This document shows positions 44,769-53,623 of a stretch of 64,000 nt of DNA, one piece after another; position 1 is the stretch's first letter, and each line of letters opens with the position of its first letter. The stretch comes from Planctomycetota bacterium. GTDB taxonomy: Bacteria; Planctomycetota; UBA1135. The stretch lies in NCBI GenBank assembly GCA_030748415.1, contig JASMMA010000003.1, positions 81,988 through 145,987 of the forward strand. The letters are read 5' to 3'. Both the position numbers and the translations under genes were made by a program. Below the pieces are notes generated by a model. The model was not told the origin of the DNA. It did not search any database and was given only the letters and a program-made list of their open reading frames with translations.

Positions 44769-45613
44769 AAAAACTATACGCATACCTTCCCCTTGTTCTC
44801 GGTGCAGGCGTCATGCTCTTCCCTTTGTGGTGGATGTTTGTTGTTTCTCTTGAAAATGCTGGGCGTGCAGGTGCAGCCGCCGCAGGGGGTGAAGTCGCTT
44901 TGTGGCCTACTGTTGCAAATTGGTCGAACTACACAGATGCCTTGCGGGAACTCGGTGCGCGACCGTGGGATAGTTTTCTAGATGCCTTTGCAAATTCGGT
45001 AGTCGTAACGGTGCTCGTTGTTATTGGGCAAGTTCTCTCATGTTCTCTTGTCGGCTATTCTTTTGCTCGAATTCGTTTTCGCGGGTCGAAACCATTATTT
45101 GTTCTCATGTTGGCAACCATGATGCTTCCGCCTCAAGTCACCATGATTCCACTCTTCCTCTTTTTTCGTTCGCTTGGGTGGGTGGACACGATTCTCCCTT
45201 TGGTCGTGCCAGCATTTTTTGGAAATGCTTTCTTTATCTTTATGTTCAGACAGTTTTTCTCTCAGATACCTCAGGCGCTTGTTGAGGCGGCTCGGCTGGA
45301 TGGCTGTGGCCATTTTTCAATTTGGTGGAGAATTATGCTCCCCATATGCAAACCAGTCATTGCGATTTGCGCCGTGTTTAGTTTCATCTTCGCGTGGAAT
45401 GATTTCCTGATTCCTCTTATCTACCTTCACAGCGAAGAACAATCGACTCTCGCTGTAGCGCTAAACTCGTTTAGAAATCAGTACGGTGGCTTGGAAGATG
45501 TTCAATACCTTATGGCGGTTTCAATTGTGACTATGATTCCCTGTGTTCTGCTTTTCTTCTCCGCGCAAAAGCAGTTTGTTGAAGGGCTAGGAAAAGGAGC
45601 GGTCAAAGGATAA
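44765..45613 (+). CDS. ABC sugar permease (MalG/UgpE-like)
   Basis: It has six TMs and the EAA loop [25 protein letters not shown]. It overlaps the upstream gene by 4 nt. Confidence 0.85.
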   Translation: MKKLYAYLPLVLGAGVMLFPLWWMFVVSLENAGRAGAAAAGGEVALWPTVANWSNYTDALRELGARPWDSFLDAFANSVVVTVLVVIGQVLSCSLVGYSFARIRFRGSKPLFVLMLATMMLPPQVTMIPLFLFFRSLGWVDTILPLVVPAFFGNAFFIFMFRQFFSQIPQALVEAARLDGCGHFSIWWRIMLPICKPVIAICAVFSFIFAWNDFLIPLIYLHSEEQSTLAVALNSFRNQYGGLEDVQYLMAVSIVTMIPCVLLFFSAQKQFVEGLGKGAVKG

Positions 45614-46641
45614 TGGCAAAACTCTTACTGAAAGGACTTTGGAAAACTTACAGCGGCAGCATCGAAGCTGTCCGCAATGTCAATTTAACTGTAGCTGATG
45701 GCGAGTTTGTTGTCTTGGTCGGCCCGTCTGGTTGTGGGAAGTCCACGACACTCCGAATGGTGGCCGGTCTTGAAGACATCACCGCCGGTGAACTTTCAAT
45801 CGCGGGGCGAGTCGTAAATGAAGTCGCTCCCAAAGATCGAGACATCGCCATGGTTTTTCAAAACTATGCGCTTTATCCCCACATGACGGTTCGCAAAAAC
45901 CTAGCCTTTGGGCTGGAGCGTAAAAAAACTCCACGGGAAGAAATTGAGCGACGAATCGCGGATGCTGCGACCATGCTTGGCCTGAGTGACCTTCTTGAGC
46001 GAAAGCCTGGTGCGCTGTCCGGCGGACAACGCCAGCGAGTTGCCTTGGGCAGGGCAATTGTTCGAGAACCAGCAGCCTTTCTATTTGATGAACCCCTTTC
46101 CAACTTGGATGCAAAGCTCCGCGTTGAAATGCGAGCCGAACTGAAAAGCCTTCACAAACGATTATGTTCAACTGTTCTCTATGTCACTCATGACCAAGAA
46201 GAGGCCATGACGCTTGGTGACCGCTTAGTTGTTATGGATGATGGAGTTGTTCAGCAAGTGGGACCCCCTTCTGAGATTTATGACAAACCTGCCAATCGAT
46301 TTGTTGCTGGGTTTGTGGGAACTCCGCCCATGAACTTTTTGAACGCGGACTCCGTCAGTCGAGTCACTCCACCAGAAGCCGGGCTGTGCTTAGGTGTTCG
46401 ACCTTCAGCACTCCAGTTGGTGCACTCCGAAGACCGCGCAGCTGTGACTGCCACCCTTGTTGCTAGTGATAACCTCGGAGATTGCTCAGACCTTCTCCTG
46501 CAAACAGCGACGGGAGAAAAAATCACTTGCCGAGCTCCGGGAAGACCGGAAATCAGAGCTGGGGATACTGTATTCCTAAGCGTTAATCCTGAAGATTGCC
46601 ATTTCTTCCGACAAGGTCCACATGGCGCGCGAGTGGGATAA
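45613..46641 (+). CDS. ABC sugar-transport ATP-binding protein (MalK/UgpC/MsmX-like)
   Basis: Walker A is GPSGCGKST, the signature is [14 protein letters not shown] and Walker B is [13 protein letters not shown]-terminal TOBE-like regulatory domain is present. Confidence 0.9.
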   Translation: MAKLLLKGLWKTYSGSIEAVRNVNLTVADGEFVVLVGPSGCGKSTTLRMVAGLEDITAGELSIAGRVVNEVAPKDRDIAMVFQNYALYPHMTVRKNLAFGLERKKTPREEIERRIADAATMLGLSDLLERKPGALSGGQRQRVALGRAIVREPAAFLFDEPLSNLDAKLRVEMRAELKSLHKRLCSTVLYVTHDQEEAMTLGDRLVVMDDGVVQQVGPPSEIYDKPANRFVAGFVGTPPMNFLNADSVSRVTPPEAGLCLGVRPSALQLVHSEDRAAVTATLVASDNLGDCSDLLLQTATGEKITCRAPGRPEIRAGDTVFLSVNPEDCHFFRQGPHGARVG

Positions 46642-46676
46642 AAAAAGAGGGCGGGTTGCGAACCGCAACACGCCCT
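46640..46676 (-). terminator. Rho-independent terminator of the paralog gene 46693..47730
   Basis: On the minus strand AGGGCGTGTTGCG-GTT-CGCAACCCGCCCT (12 of 13 bp paired) is followed by TTTTTTT. Confidence 0.6.
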
Positions 46677-46692
46677 ATGAGGACTGCTTATT

Positions 46693-47730
46693 TTATTGAA
46701 CCGTTACAACCAATGAATTGGCTAAGCTTCCTGTGCCGGGTCCGGTTATCTCAACGCATTGTGAGTAAACGGTTAGGCCAGCAGCAGCAGGCGGGATGTT
46801 GGTTAGAAAATGAACCTCACCATTTGGGTCAACTGTTTGGGTAGGAAATTGACTGATGGGCGGAGTCATATCCACATCACCGAACATGGTTTGAGTAGGG
46901 CCCGAGCCCGTCAAAGAGTAGCCAATGATGACATTGTTACCAGGGGTGCAATTCGTAACATCAAAACTACCCTGCTGGCCAGCAATAATGTTGCTTGTGG
47001 AGTAAATCGGCCGCCATGGTGGGGCCGAAATTTTTATGGAATCAAAGTCAAAACCAACATCGAGGGGGTCGAAGCCGTGGCCAGATTTGAGCTGAAGTTC
47101 ATTAAAACGAAAGTCACCAAACCAAACCTCTAGGTCTGGTGTGCTTGTTGGGTAATCCACTGGAGGGTCAATCCAAAGCTTTGCAACTTCATCGCCAGGC
47201 AAGAAGTCAACTCGTACAACCAAGCGAGCGAGAGTGTCACAATGGGTACCTGGAACATAGTAAGGGAGATTACCTTGCCATGGTTGATCCAAACCCCATT
47301 CATACTGGTCAAATGGACTTCCAATCAATAGGCCTTCCATGTTCCACTGCCAGTTCAAGGTCAGTGCCCCATACTCATCGTCACTTGAGCGTTGGCAGTC
47401 AAAGTGAACCCAAATTTCAGTGCCGTCAGCGCCGATGGCGCCCTGGTCAACGATGGCATCTAGGCCATTCAAATCAATCAAGCGGTAAGAGCCGCCATGA
47501 TCGAGGTTGGTGGACATCATGCCGCCGATGGGGTCGAAACCGGGAGTCGAAACAATGCCCTCGTCCATGTTGTTGCCACTCCACCAGTCAGCTTGGAAGC
47601 CGACACCGCCGGCCATGCCGCCAAGATTACCGGCAGGGTAGTCAAAGGACTCAAAACAAATGGTCTCGTAGTTTTGGGCGGCTGCGGGAGCTGCCAACAA
47701 AACGAGAATGGGAAGGAGAGAAGTTTTCAT
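46693..47730 (-). CDS. Secreted protein of unknown function, paralog 1 (N-terminal lectin-like module plus shared C-terminal domain)
   Basis: It has a signal peptide and the motifs ESFDYPAGNLGGMAGGVGFQADWWSG and DHGGSYRLID. The C-terminal domain carries IPPAAAGLTVYSQCV. By eye it is about half identical to the adjacent gene. Confidence 0.7.
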   Translation of the reverse strand: MKTSLLPILVLLAAPAAAQNYETICFESFDYPAGNLGGMAGGVGFQADWWSGNNMDEGIVSTPGFDPIGGMMSTNLDHGGSYRLIDLNGLDAIVDQGAIGADGTEIWVHFDCQRSSDDEYGALTLNWQWNMEGLLIGSPFDQYEWGLDQPWQGNLPYYVPGTHCDTLARLVVRVDFLPGDEVAKLWIDPPVDYPTSTPDLEVWFGDFRFNELQLKSGHGFDPLDVGFDFDSIKISAPPWRPIYSTSNIIAGQQGSFDVTNCTPGNNVIIGYSLTGSGPTQTMFGDVDMTPPISQFPTQTVDPNGEVHFLTNIPPAAAGLTVYSQCVEITGPGTGSLANSLVVTVQ

Positions 47731-47745
47731 GAATCAGAATGGGGA

Positions 47746-48777
47746 TTAGGGGATGTTTACAACAAGAGAGTTACTGAGGTTGCCAAGTCCGCCGCCGAGA
47801 ATCTCAACTGATTGGGTATAGACGGTTGCGCCTGCTAGGCTAGGTGGAACAGGTGCGCTAAAGGAAGCAATCCCACTTGTGTTTGCTACAAGGGTTGGAA
47901 GTTGACTGATGGGTGGAGTCATGTCCACATCACCAAACATTGTTGTTGTTGGGCCAGGGCCTGTTAAGGAGTAGCCGATGATGACTGAGCTTCCAGGGCT
48001 TACATTTGAAACCTCAAAGTCTGCAACCGAGCCAACAATTGCATTATTCACAATGTAAATGGGCCGGAAAGCTGGAGTATCAATGGCTATTCCGTCGAAA
48101 CTAAATCCGGGCGCTGTTCCGTCTCCTGACTGAAGTCGAATCTCGTTAAAACGAAAGTCTGCAACCATCACATCCAGGTCGGCAGCAGTTGTTGGGTGGT
48201 CTGTGGGGGGGTTGAGCCAAAATTGAACGCGTTCATCGCCCGGAAGAAAGTCAATCCGGTAAACCATCGTGTTCAAAAGAGCATCATCTGAACCAGGGAC
48301 AACATCGTGGGTGGGTGCGCCGGTCCGTGCGAAGCCAACCTCATTGGTTCCCCAGGGGCTTCCGAGGAAGACTTGCTCCCCAACCCACTGCCAGTTCAAA
48401 GAAAGCCCACCGTAAAGGTGGTCGCACATGGTTTCTTTTTTCATCATGAAACCAATCCAGATGGTGGTGTTATCGGCACCAAGTTGCCCGCCATCCAAGA
48501 TGGGGCCCAGTGAAGAGCGGTCAATAAGGCGGTAGGAGCCGCCGTGGTCCACACCGACTTCCATGCGTTGCCCAATGGGGTCGTAACTCGAGCCAACAAC
48601 GAAACCGTCACTGAGTGAGGAGCCAGACCACCATTCGTTTTCCCATCCGAAGCCACCATTAAGGCCGCCAAGGGGGCCAGCGGCGTAGTCAAAAGACTCG
48701 TCGGCAATGGGTTCGTATGTTTGAGAAAATGCGGGGGAAGAAAGGAGGGGAAGAAGGAGGGGAAGAAGAATCTTCAT
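47746..48777 (-). CDS. Secreted protein of unknown function, paralog 2
   Basis: It has a signal peptide and the motifs ESFDYAAGPLGGLNGGFGWENEWWSG and DHGGSYRLID. The C-terminal domain carries VPPSLAGATVYTQSV. Confidence 0.7.
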   Translation of the reverse strand: MKILLPLLLPLLSSPAFSQTYEPIADESFDYAAGPLGGLNGGFGWENEWWSGSSLSDGFVVGSSYDPIGQRMEVGVDHGGSYRLIDRSSLGPILDGGQLGADNTTIWIGFMMKKETMCDHLYGGLSLNWQWVGEQVFLGSPWGTNEVGFARTGAPTHDVVPGSDDALLNTMVYRIDFLPGDERVQFWLNPPTDHPTTAADLDVMVADFRFNEIRLQSGDGTAPGFSFDGIAIDTPAFRPIYIVNNAIVGSVADFEVSNVSPGSSVIIGYSLTGPGPTTTMFGDVDMTPPISQLPTLVANTSGIASFSAPVPPSLAGATVYTQSVEILGGGLGNLSNSLVVNIP

Positions 48778-48788
48778 GGCACTATTGT

Positions 48789-50963
48789 TTAGCGTGAGAT
48801 GATGAGGGCGGAGTAGGGTGCAATTCGGACATTGCCCGAATAGGGCATGCCATCTTTGGGGGTGCTATTGGCGGTTACGCTTGTGGACCCATAATTTCCG
48901 AATGTTGAATCAAAAATTGTGGCGTCAGAGTTAAAGCGGACCTGCCAAGTGCCGCCCTGTGGAAGGCCAATGCTGTAAGAGGTGTACCACTTGTTGGCGA
49001 AATTCAGAATGACGATGACATCGTCACCAGGGCCTCCCTGATCCCAGCGGTGGAAGGCAAGGAACTTATCGGAATCATTTACATGATGTATGTTGAGGCC
49101 TGAACCTTTAAGGCCGCCAACATTTCCAGGTAGGTTTCGACGAAGCGCAATTAGGTTTTGATATAGGGAATGTATTCCGCTAAAGGTGGATAGCTTCGAC
49201 CAGTCAAGGGGGTCGCGGTCATCAAAATAACCATCCTCGAGAAATTCCTGGCCCTGGAAAAGCATAGGAATCCCGGGCGATGTCATTGTTAACACTGCTC
49301 CAAGGGTAGAACGCTTTTTAGAAAACCAGCTGTCAGCATTTCCGGGCCAAATTTCTTCGGGCAATCGAGAGCGACCATTGGCAACTTCGTCATGAGACTC
49401 GGTATAGATGATTCGCTGAAAGCGGTCGCCGTTGTAGTTGTAATCAATTGCGTCCCGAACGGACCACATGTTTCGCGAGTTGTCGTCACCGACGATAAGG
49501 TTGCCGCGGATTGTGTGTACAAAATTTGGATCCCACTGCGAGTCAAACCCTGCACCGCCGGCACCGGTATCTTTTGTAATCCAATGATTGGACCACATAT
49601 CCTCGGCCATGTTAATTTTATTCGGCAAAAGAGTGTCTATCTCGTCATTTATCCACTGCATTAGAGACCACGCTTCTGGCAAATCTGTCCCGTTGGCGTT
49701 TCGGATATAGGAAGTAGCGTCCCAACGAAGGCCATCAAAATGGTAGTCGTCAAGCCACATCAAAACATTGTCTCGAATGTATTGCCGCACTTCGCCTTCG
49801 TTGTAGTTGGGGCGAGTATCTCCCCATAGAGTTTGAGAGCGAGAGTCGTTATAGAAATAAATTCCACCGTACTGAGAGCTCGGGGACCAGCCATCAAACT
49901 GCCATAGGTCCATTTCGGTGGGGCCCCAATGGTTAAACAAAACATCGGCAAAAACTGCCATGCCTCGGGCGTGCGCCGCTTTTACAAAGGCTTTAAATTG
50001 TTCAGGAGTTCCGTAGTGGGACTCGACGGCAAATGGATGCGAGTAGTTGTATCCCCAGGAATACTCGCCCGGGAATTCACAAAATGGCATGAGCTCGATT
50101 GCAGTTACTCCCAAGTCCTTCAAGTAATCGAGTTTTGTTGCAGCAGTTAGCAGTGTGCCTGGATCTCCGCCCGGGTTGTCAAATAAAGTCCCGATGTGTG
50201 TTTCGTAAATAACCAAATCGTTCCAGGCGGGAAGCTGAAAGTTGTCCCCGCTCCAATCAAAATCGCTGTGATCTACAACAACTGATTTCCCAAGCGAGTT
50301 TGTTACCTGGAGCGCTCTAGGATCATTTCTCCAAACACGGGAGCCAGGTGTGTCAATCACATATTGGTACTCTGCTCCAGCCGACAAGTTGCGGACATCC
50401 AAGGACCACCACTCATTTCCTTCGCTAGCCATCGGAGCATTCGTGGTGTTCCAAGAGTTAAAGCTTCCGGTTAAGTAAACATTTGTCGCGTTCGGTGCCC
50501 AAACGCGAAAGGCCGCCCCTCGGCCGCCATTGGGCCGGTCATCCCAAAGAACCGCACCCTTACCTGAATGTGTGGATGGTTCCGCTTCCAATCGGTAACT
50601 AATGGAGTAGGAAGTTCCATGGGGTCGCCAAACTCCAATGTGCCAGGTGTCCGTTGTTAGCGCCGGGGTCGTCGTTTGGTCCAATACGATTAGCTCATTG
50701 CTGGTTCCAGAGGTTGCAGACCGTGCATCCCACTCTGTGAGCGTTGGTGGCTGATTGCGCCGCAAATACAAATCGGCATGGGGGCCCGCCTGTTGAAAAA
50801 CCTCCACTCTGAGTTTTGGGTTCCAATCTCGGGCCAAAATCTGATAGTGGTCAAACTTCCACTGAGCAGGTTTGATAGAAGAGTGGGGACCCTGGCTGCT
50901 CACCTGGGCAGAGAGAGCGGTTGCAAGAAAAAAGACGCTGAGGAGAGGGAGGGTGATGCGCAC
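48789..50963 (-). CDS. Secreted GH13 enzyme (branching-enzyme/isoamylase-like) with CBM48
   Basis: It has a signal peptide, then the CBM48 segment AAFRVWAPNATNVYLTGSFNSWN. GH13 regions are GVTAIELMPFCEFPG..WGYN, ADVLFNHWG, DGLRWDATSYI, NMAEDMW and YTESHDEV. Confidence 0.8.
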   Translation of the reverse strand: MRITLPLLSVFFLATALSAQVSSQGPHSSIKPAQWKFDHYQILARDWNPKLRVEVFQQAGPHADLYLRRNQPPTLTEWDARSATSGTSNELIVLDQTTTPALTTDTWHIGVWRPHGTSYSISYRLEAEPSTHSGKGAVLWDDRPNGGRGAAFRVWAPNATNVYLTGSFNSWNTTNAPMASEGNEWWSLDVRNLSAGAEYQYVIDTPGSRVWRNDPRALQVTNSLGKSVVVDHSDFDWSGDNFQLPAWNDLVIYETHIGTLFDNPGGDPGTLLTAATKLDYLKDLGVTAIELMPFCEFPGEYSWGYNYSHPFAVESHYGTPEQFKAFVKAAHARGMAVFADVLFNHWGPTEMDLWQFDGWSPSSQYGGIYFYNDSRSQTLWGDTRPNYNEGEVRQYIRDNVLMWLDDYHFDGLRWDATSYIRNANGTDLPEAWSLMQWINDEIDTLLPNKINMAEDMWSNHWITKDTGAGGAGFDSQWDPNFVHTIRGNLIVGDDNSRNMWSVRDAIDYNYNGDRFQRIIYTESHDEVANGRSRLPEEIWPGNADSWFSKKRSTLGAVLTMTSPGIPMLFQGQEFLEDGYFDDRDPLDWSKLSTFSGIHSLYQNLIALRRNLPGNVGGLKGSGLNIHHVNDSDKFLAFHRWDQGGPGDDVIVILNFANKWYTSYSIGLPQGGTWQVRFNSDATIFDSTFGNYGSTSVTANSTPKDGMPYSGNVRIAPYSALIISR

Positions 50964-51055
50964 GGGGCTCGGACTCTTTGTCCAGACTTAGATATTACCC
51001 CGAAAAACCCCTTTGGGGTGAGGTTTTTGAAATTTCCACACCTTTTTCACTACCC

Positions 51056-51083
51056 CTAGACACTGACCCCTTCGGCTGGGTCA
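51056..51083. promoter_or_regulatory. Candidate operator, left arm of a 28-bp inverted repeat
   Basis: The sequence is CTAGACACTGACCCCTTCGGCTGGGTCA. Its reverse complement matches 51188..51215 at 26 of 28 positions. It contains the internal palindrome TGACCC-N8-GGGTCA. Confidence 0.45.
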
Positions 51084-51187
51084 ATCTACCTCCAAAGGCA
51101 TGCGGGGAAGGGGTTTGGGGCAACATGCCTAGGCCCTAGGCAATATTTGTCTCTAAGTGCTTTATTGCAAAGGAATTAGGCAAAAAA

Positions 51188-51215
51188 TGACCCAGCCGTT
51201 GGGGTCAGTGTCTAG
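51188..51215. promoter_or_regulatory. Candidate operator, right arm of a 28-bp inverted repeat
   Basis: The sequence TGACCCAGCCGTTGGGGTCAGTGTCTAG ends 38 bp upstream of the regulator's ATG at 51253. Confidence 0.45.
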
Positions 51216-51252
51216 CGCTCTGGGACCTCTTTTTGGATAATGCCCCCTCTTC

Positions 51253-52116
51253 ATGCCTGAGACTCGACTCCTTTCTGACAACCTTTGGGCTGTCTGCTTC
51301 AAATTGCTGCCAAACCAACTAGAGGGCGCTCCTGCGCCCCAGAGGGTCCATCTTTCTGGCACCTTCAACCAATGGGACGAGACCTCCCTCCTTATGGAAA
51401 GGGGAGCCGATGGCTCCTGGGGGGCCCGGTTAGAGCTTCCGGAGGGGGAGCACCTTTACAAGTTCATTCTGGATGGAGAGTCTTGGTTTCCGGATCCCGA
51501 GAACCCACTTTCTGTTGATGACCCCCACCATGGAAAAAACTCGGTGCTTGAGCTGGGCAGGCTCTCGGGTCGAGAGCAGTCCTTTTTAGTTCGAGACGAT
51601 CTCCATTGGCGGGCAGTCAGTTCTCCTCGCCGATTGGAGATTCTAGAGTTCCTCCTCTCGGCCGCCCCTTGCTCTACGGCCGAGCTTGCCGAAGCAATGG
51701 ATGTTGCAGCCGATGGCCTCTACCACCACATCCGGATTCTTCTCAAGGCTGGTCTTGTCCGTGAAGTTGGCGAAGTTTGTCGGGCAAATCGCACTGTTCC
51801 TGTTTTTGACGTGGCCGCGAGGGAGCTCCGCTTTCAGCCAGACGATGACGATCGGCTCCCCTCACTCTGGCGAAGCCTGGCCCGTCGAGCCGAGCGGGCG
51901 ATTGAACATTCAGGTGACACCCCTCACCTAGATCCACTCTTTTCCCTGGGTGGTGAAATTACATGGCTAAATGAAGAGAGAATCGAAAAGGTCCGCACGC
52001 ACTTGGCACACATCAAGCGCCTCTTTGCGGAAGGCCGCCAAGACCGGCATGGCCAACTTGTTCTGCTCGCCCATCTGATGACTCCAGTTGAGCGAACCCG
52101 AACAAATAGCTCTTAG
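51253..52116 (+). CDS. Fusion of a CBM48/AMPK-beta-type glycogen-binding module with an ArsR-type winged-helix regulator
   Basis: The N-terminus is VHLSGTFNQWDETSLLMERGADGSWGARLELPEGEHLYKFILDGESWFPDPENP, a CBM48 signature. The middle is RRLEILEFLLSAAPCSTAELAEAMDVAADGLYHHIRILLKAGLV, an ArsR HTH. Confidence 0.75.
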   Translation: MPETRLLSDNLWAVCFKLLPNQLEGAPAPQRVHLSGTFNQWDETSLLMERGADGSWGARLELPEGEHLYKFILDGESWFPDPENPLSVDDPHHGKNSVLELGRLSGREQSFLVRDDLHWRAVSSPRRLEILEFLLSAAPCSTAELAEAMDVAADGLYHHIRILLKAGLVREVGEVCRANRTVPVFDVAARELRFQPDDDDRLPSLWRSLARRAERAIEHSGDTPHLDPLFSLGGEITWLNEERIEKVRTHLAHIKRLFAEGRQDRHGQLVLLAHLMTPVERTRTNSS

Positions 52117-53567
52117 TCCCGAGACGCCGCACGATCCACGCCAATAGCGTTGAGGTGTTCTGCAGCGTCTGCTGTTGGATAAGAACCCGTAAAGCAACCA
52201 GTGCAGAACCCTTCAATAGCGGGGTTCCCCGTTTGTGCGGCTTCCACCATTCGATTCAACTCAAGGTACATCAAATAGTCCACGCCTATTTCGGCTGCAA
52301 TTTCACTGTTATCTCGATCGCGCGCAATAAACTCTTTCTTTGTCGCCATATCAATCCCATAAGGGCATGGGGCAACAAGAGGGGGGGATGTTGACGCAAA
52401 ATAAACATTCTTTGCACCGGCGCGGCGTGCGATTTCCACAATCTTGCGCGAGGTGTTGCCGCGCACAATGGAGTCGTCCACTAACAAAACATTTTTATCT
52501 TTAAATTCCAGCGGAATCGGGTTCAGTTTTCTCCGAATTGCAGACCGGCGCTCCTTCTGGTTGGGCATGATGAAGGTTCGCCCAACATATCTGTTTTTAA
52601 TAAAGCCCTCTCGGTAGGAAATTCTCAAGTAGTGCGCCATGGAAAGAGCAGCATCGCGTGAAGAATCGGGAATAGGAATTACAACATCTGGGCTTGGAGC
52701 TCCTGCTTCTTCCCATTGCTTAGCCAATGCCTTTCCAAAACGGCGGCGAGTTTTATACACAGAAATTTCATCCAGAAACGAATCCGGCCTAGAAAAATAC
52801 ACCAACTCGAAAATGCATGGTCTGTGGGCTTGTTCCGTAACCTGAATGAACTCCGGCTCTTGGCCCGGGCGAACAACAAACGCTTCTCCAGCGCGCAAAT
52901 CCCGAACGCGCTCAAAACCAATAACATCAAAGGCAACGGATTCGGATGCAGCTGCCCACTCAACCCCTTCCGGGCTTTCGCGCCTTCCAATCACACACGG
53001 CTTGATGCCTGTTGGATCTCGAAAAGCAAACATGGCACCCTCGCTTAAAATCCCACAAACGGAATAGGCGCCTTTTGTGCGGTCAAATACACCTTTTACG
53101 GCAACCCCGATTCGGTCAATCAGCGCGGCTGTTGGGTCGGTGCGGTGAAGAGCTTGAGCAAATGCATAAAGAATGGCCTCCACATCGCAGGAGGAAGTCA
53201 GGCAAATGTTTTCTTGTGGAAACAAACGGCCCTTGAGGTCCAAAAAGTTTGTGAGGTTTCCATTGTGAGCCATGCCCACACCAAATGGGTAGTTGATATA
53301 GAAAGGTTGGGCATCTTCGTCTGAACCCATGCCAACGGTGGGATAGCGAACATGGGAAACGCCCAGGTTTCCTTTCAGCCGCTGCATGTCACTAAAGCGG
53401 AAAATATCCCGCACCATTCCGTTTTGCTTGCGTAAATGAAAACGACCATCGTAGGACAAAATGCCAGCGGCGTCCTGGCCGCGGTGCTGTAGAGCAATGA
53501 GGCCTTCGTAAAGCTCGGGAGCCGTATCCGTTCCGGGCAAGCCGGCGATGCCGATGAATCCGCACAT
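52113..53567 (-). CDS. purF: Amidophosphoribosyltransferase
   Basis: MCGFIGI provides the N-terminal nucleophile Cys. The PRPP loop is VLLVDDSIVRGNTS, and C-terminal Cys residues are present. The track start (TTG 53588) would add a 7-aa propeptide. Confidence 0.9.
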   Translation of the reverse strand: MCGFIGIAGLPGTDTAPELYEGLIALQHRGQDAAGILSYDGRFHLRKQNGMVRDIFRFSDMQRLKGNLGVSHVRYPTVGMGSDEDAQPFYINYPFGVGMAHNGNLTNFLDLKGRLFPQENICLTSSCDVEAILYAFAQALHRTDPTAALIDRIGVAVKGVFDRTKGAYSVCGILSEGAMFAFRDPTGIKPCVIGRRESPEGVEWAAASESVAFDVIGFERVRDLRAGEAFVVRPGQEPEFIQVTEQAHRPCIFELVYFSRPDSFLDEISVYKTRRRFGKALAKQWEEAGAPSPDVVIPIPDSSRDAALSMAHYLRISYREGFIKNRYVGRTFIMPNQKERRSAIRRKLNPIPLEFKDKNVLLVDDSIVRGNTSRKIVEIARRAGAKNVYFASTSPPLVAPCPYGIDMATKKEFIARDRDNSEIAAEIGVDYLMYLELNRMVEAAQTGNPAIEGFCTGCFTGSYPTADAAEHLNAIGVDRAASRD

Positions 53568-53623
53568 GGGATGATTTTGGGGTGGCAAGCGGGTGGGTGC
53601 TGACCCGCATGGAGGTGAACATT

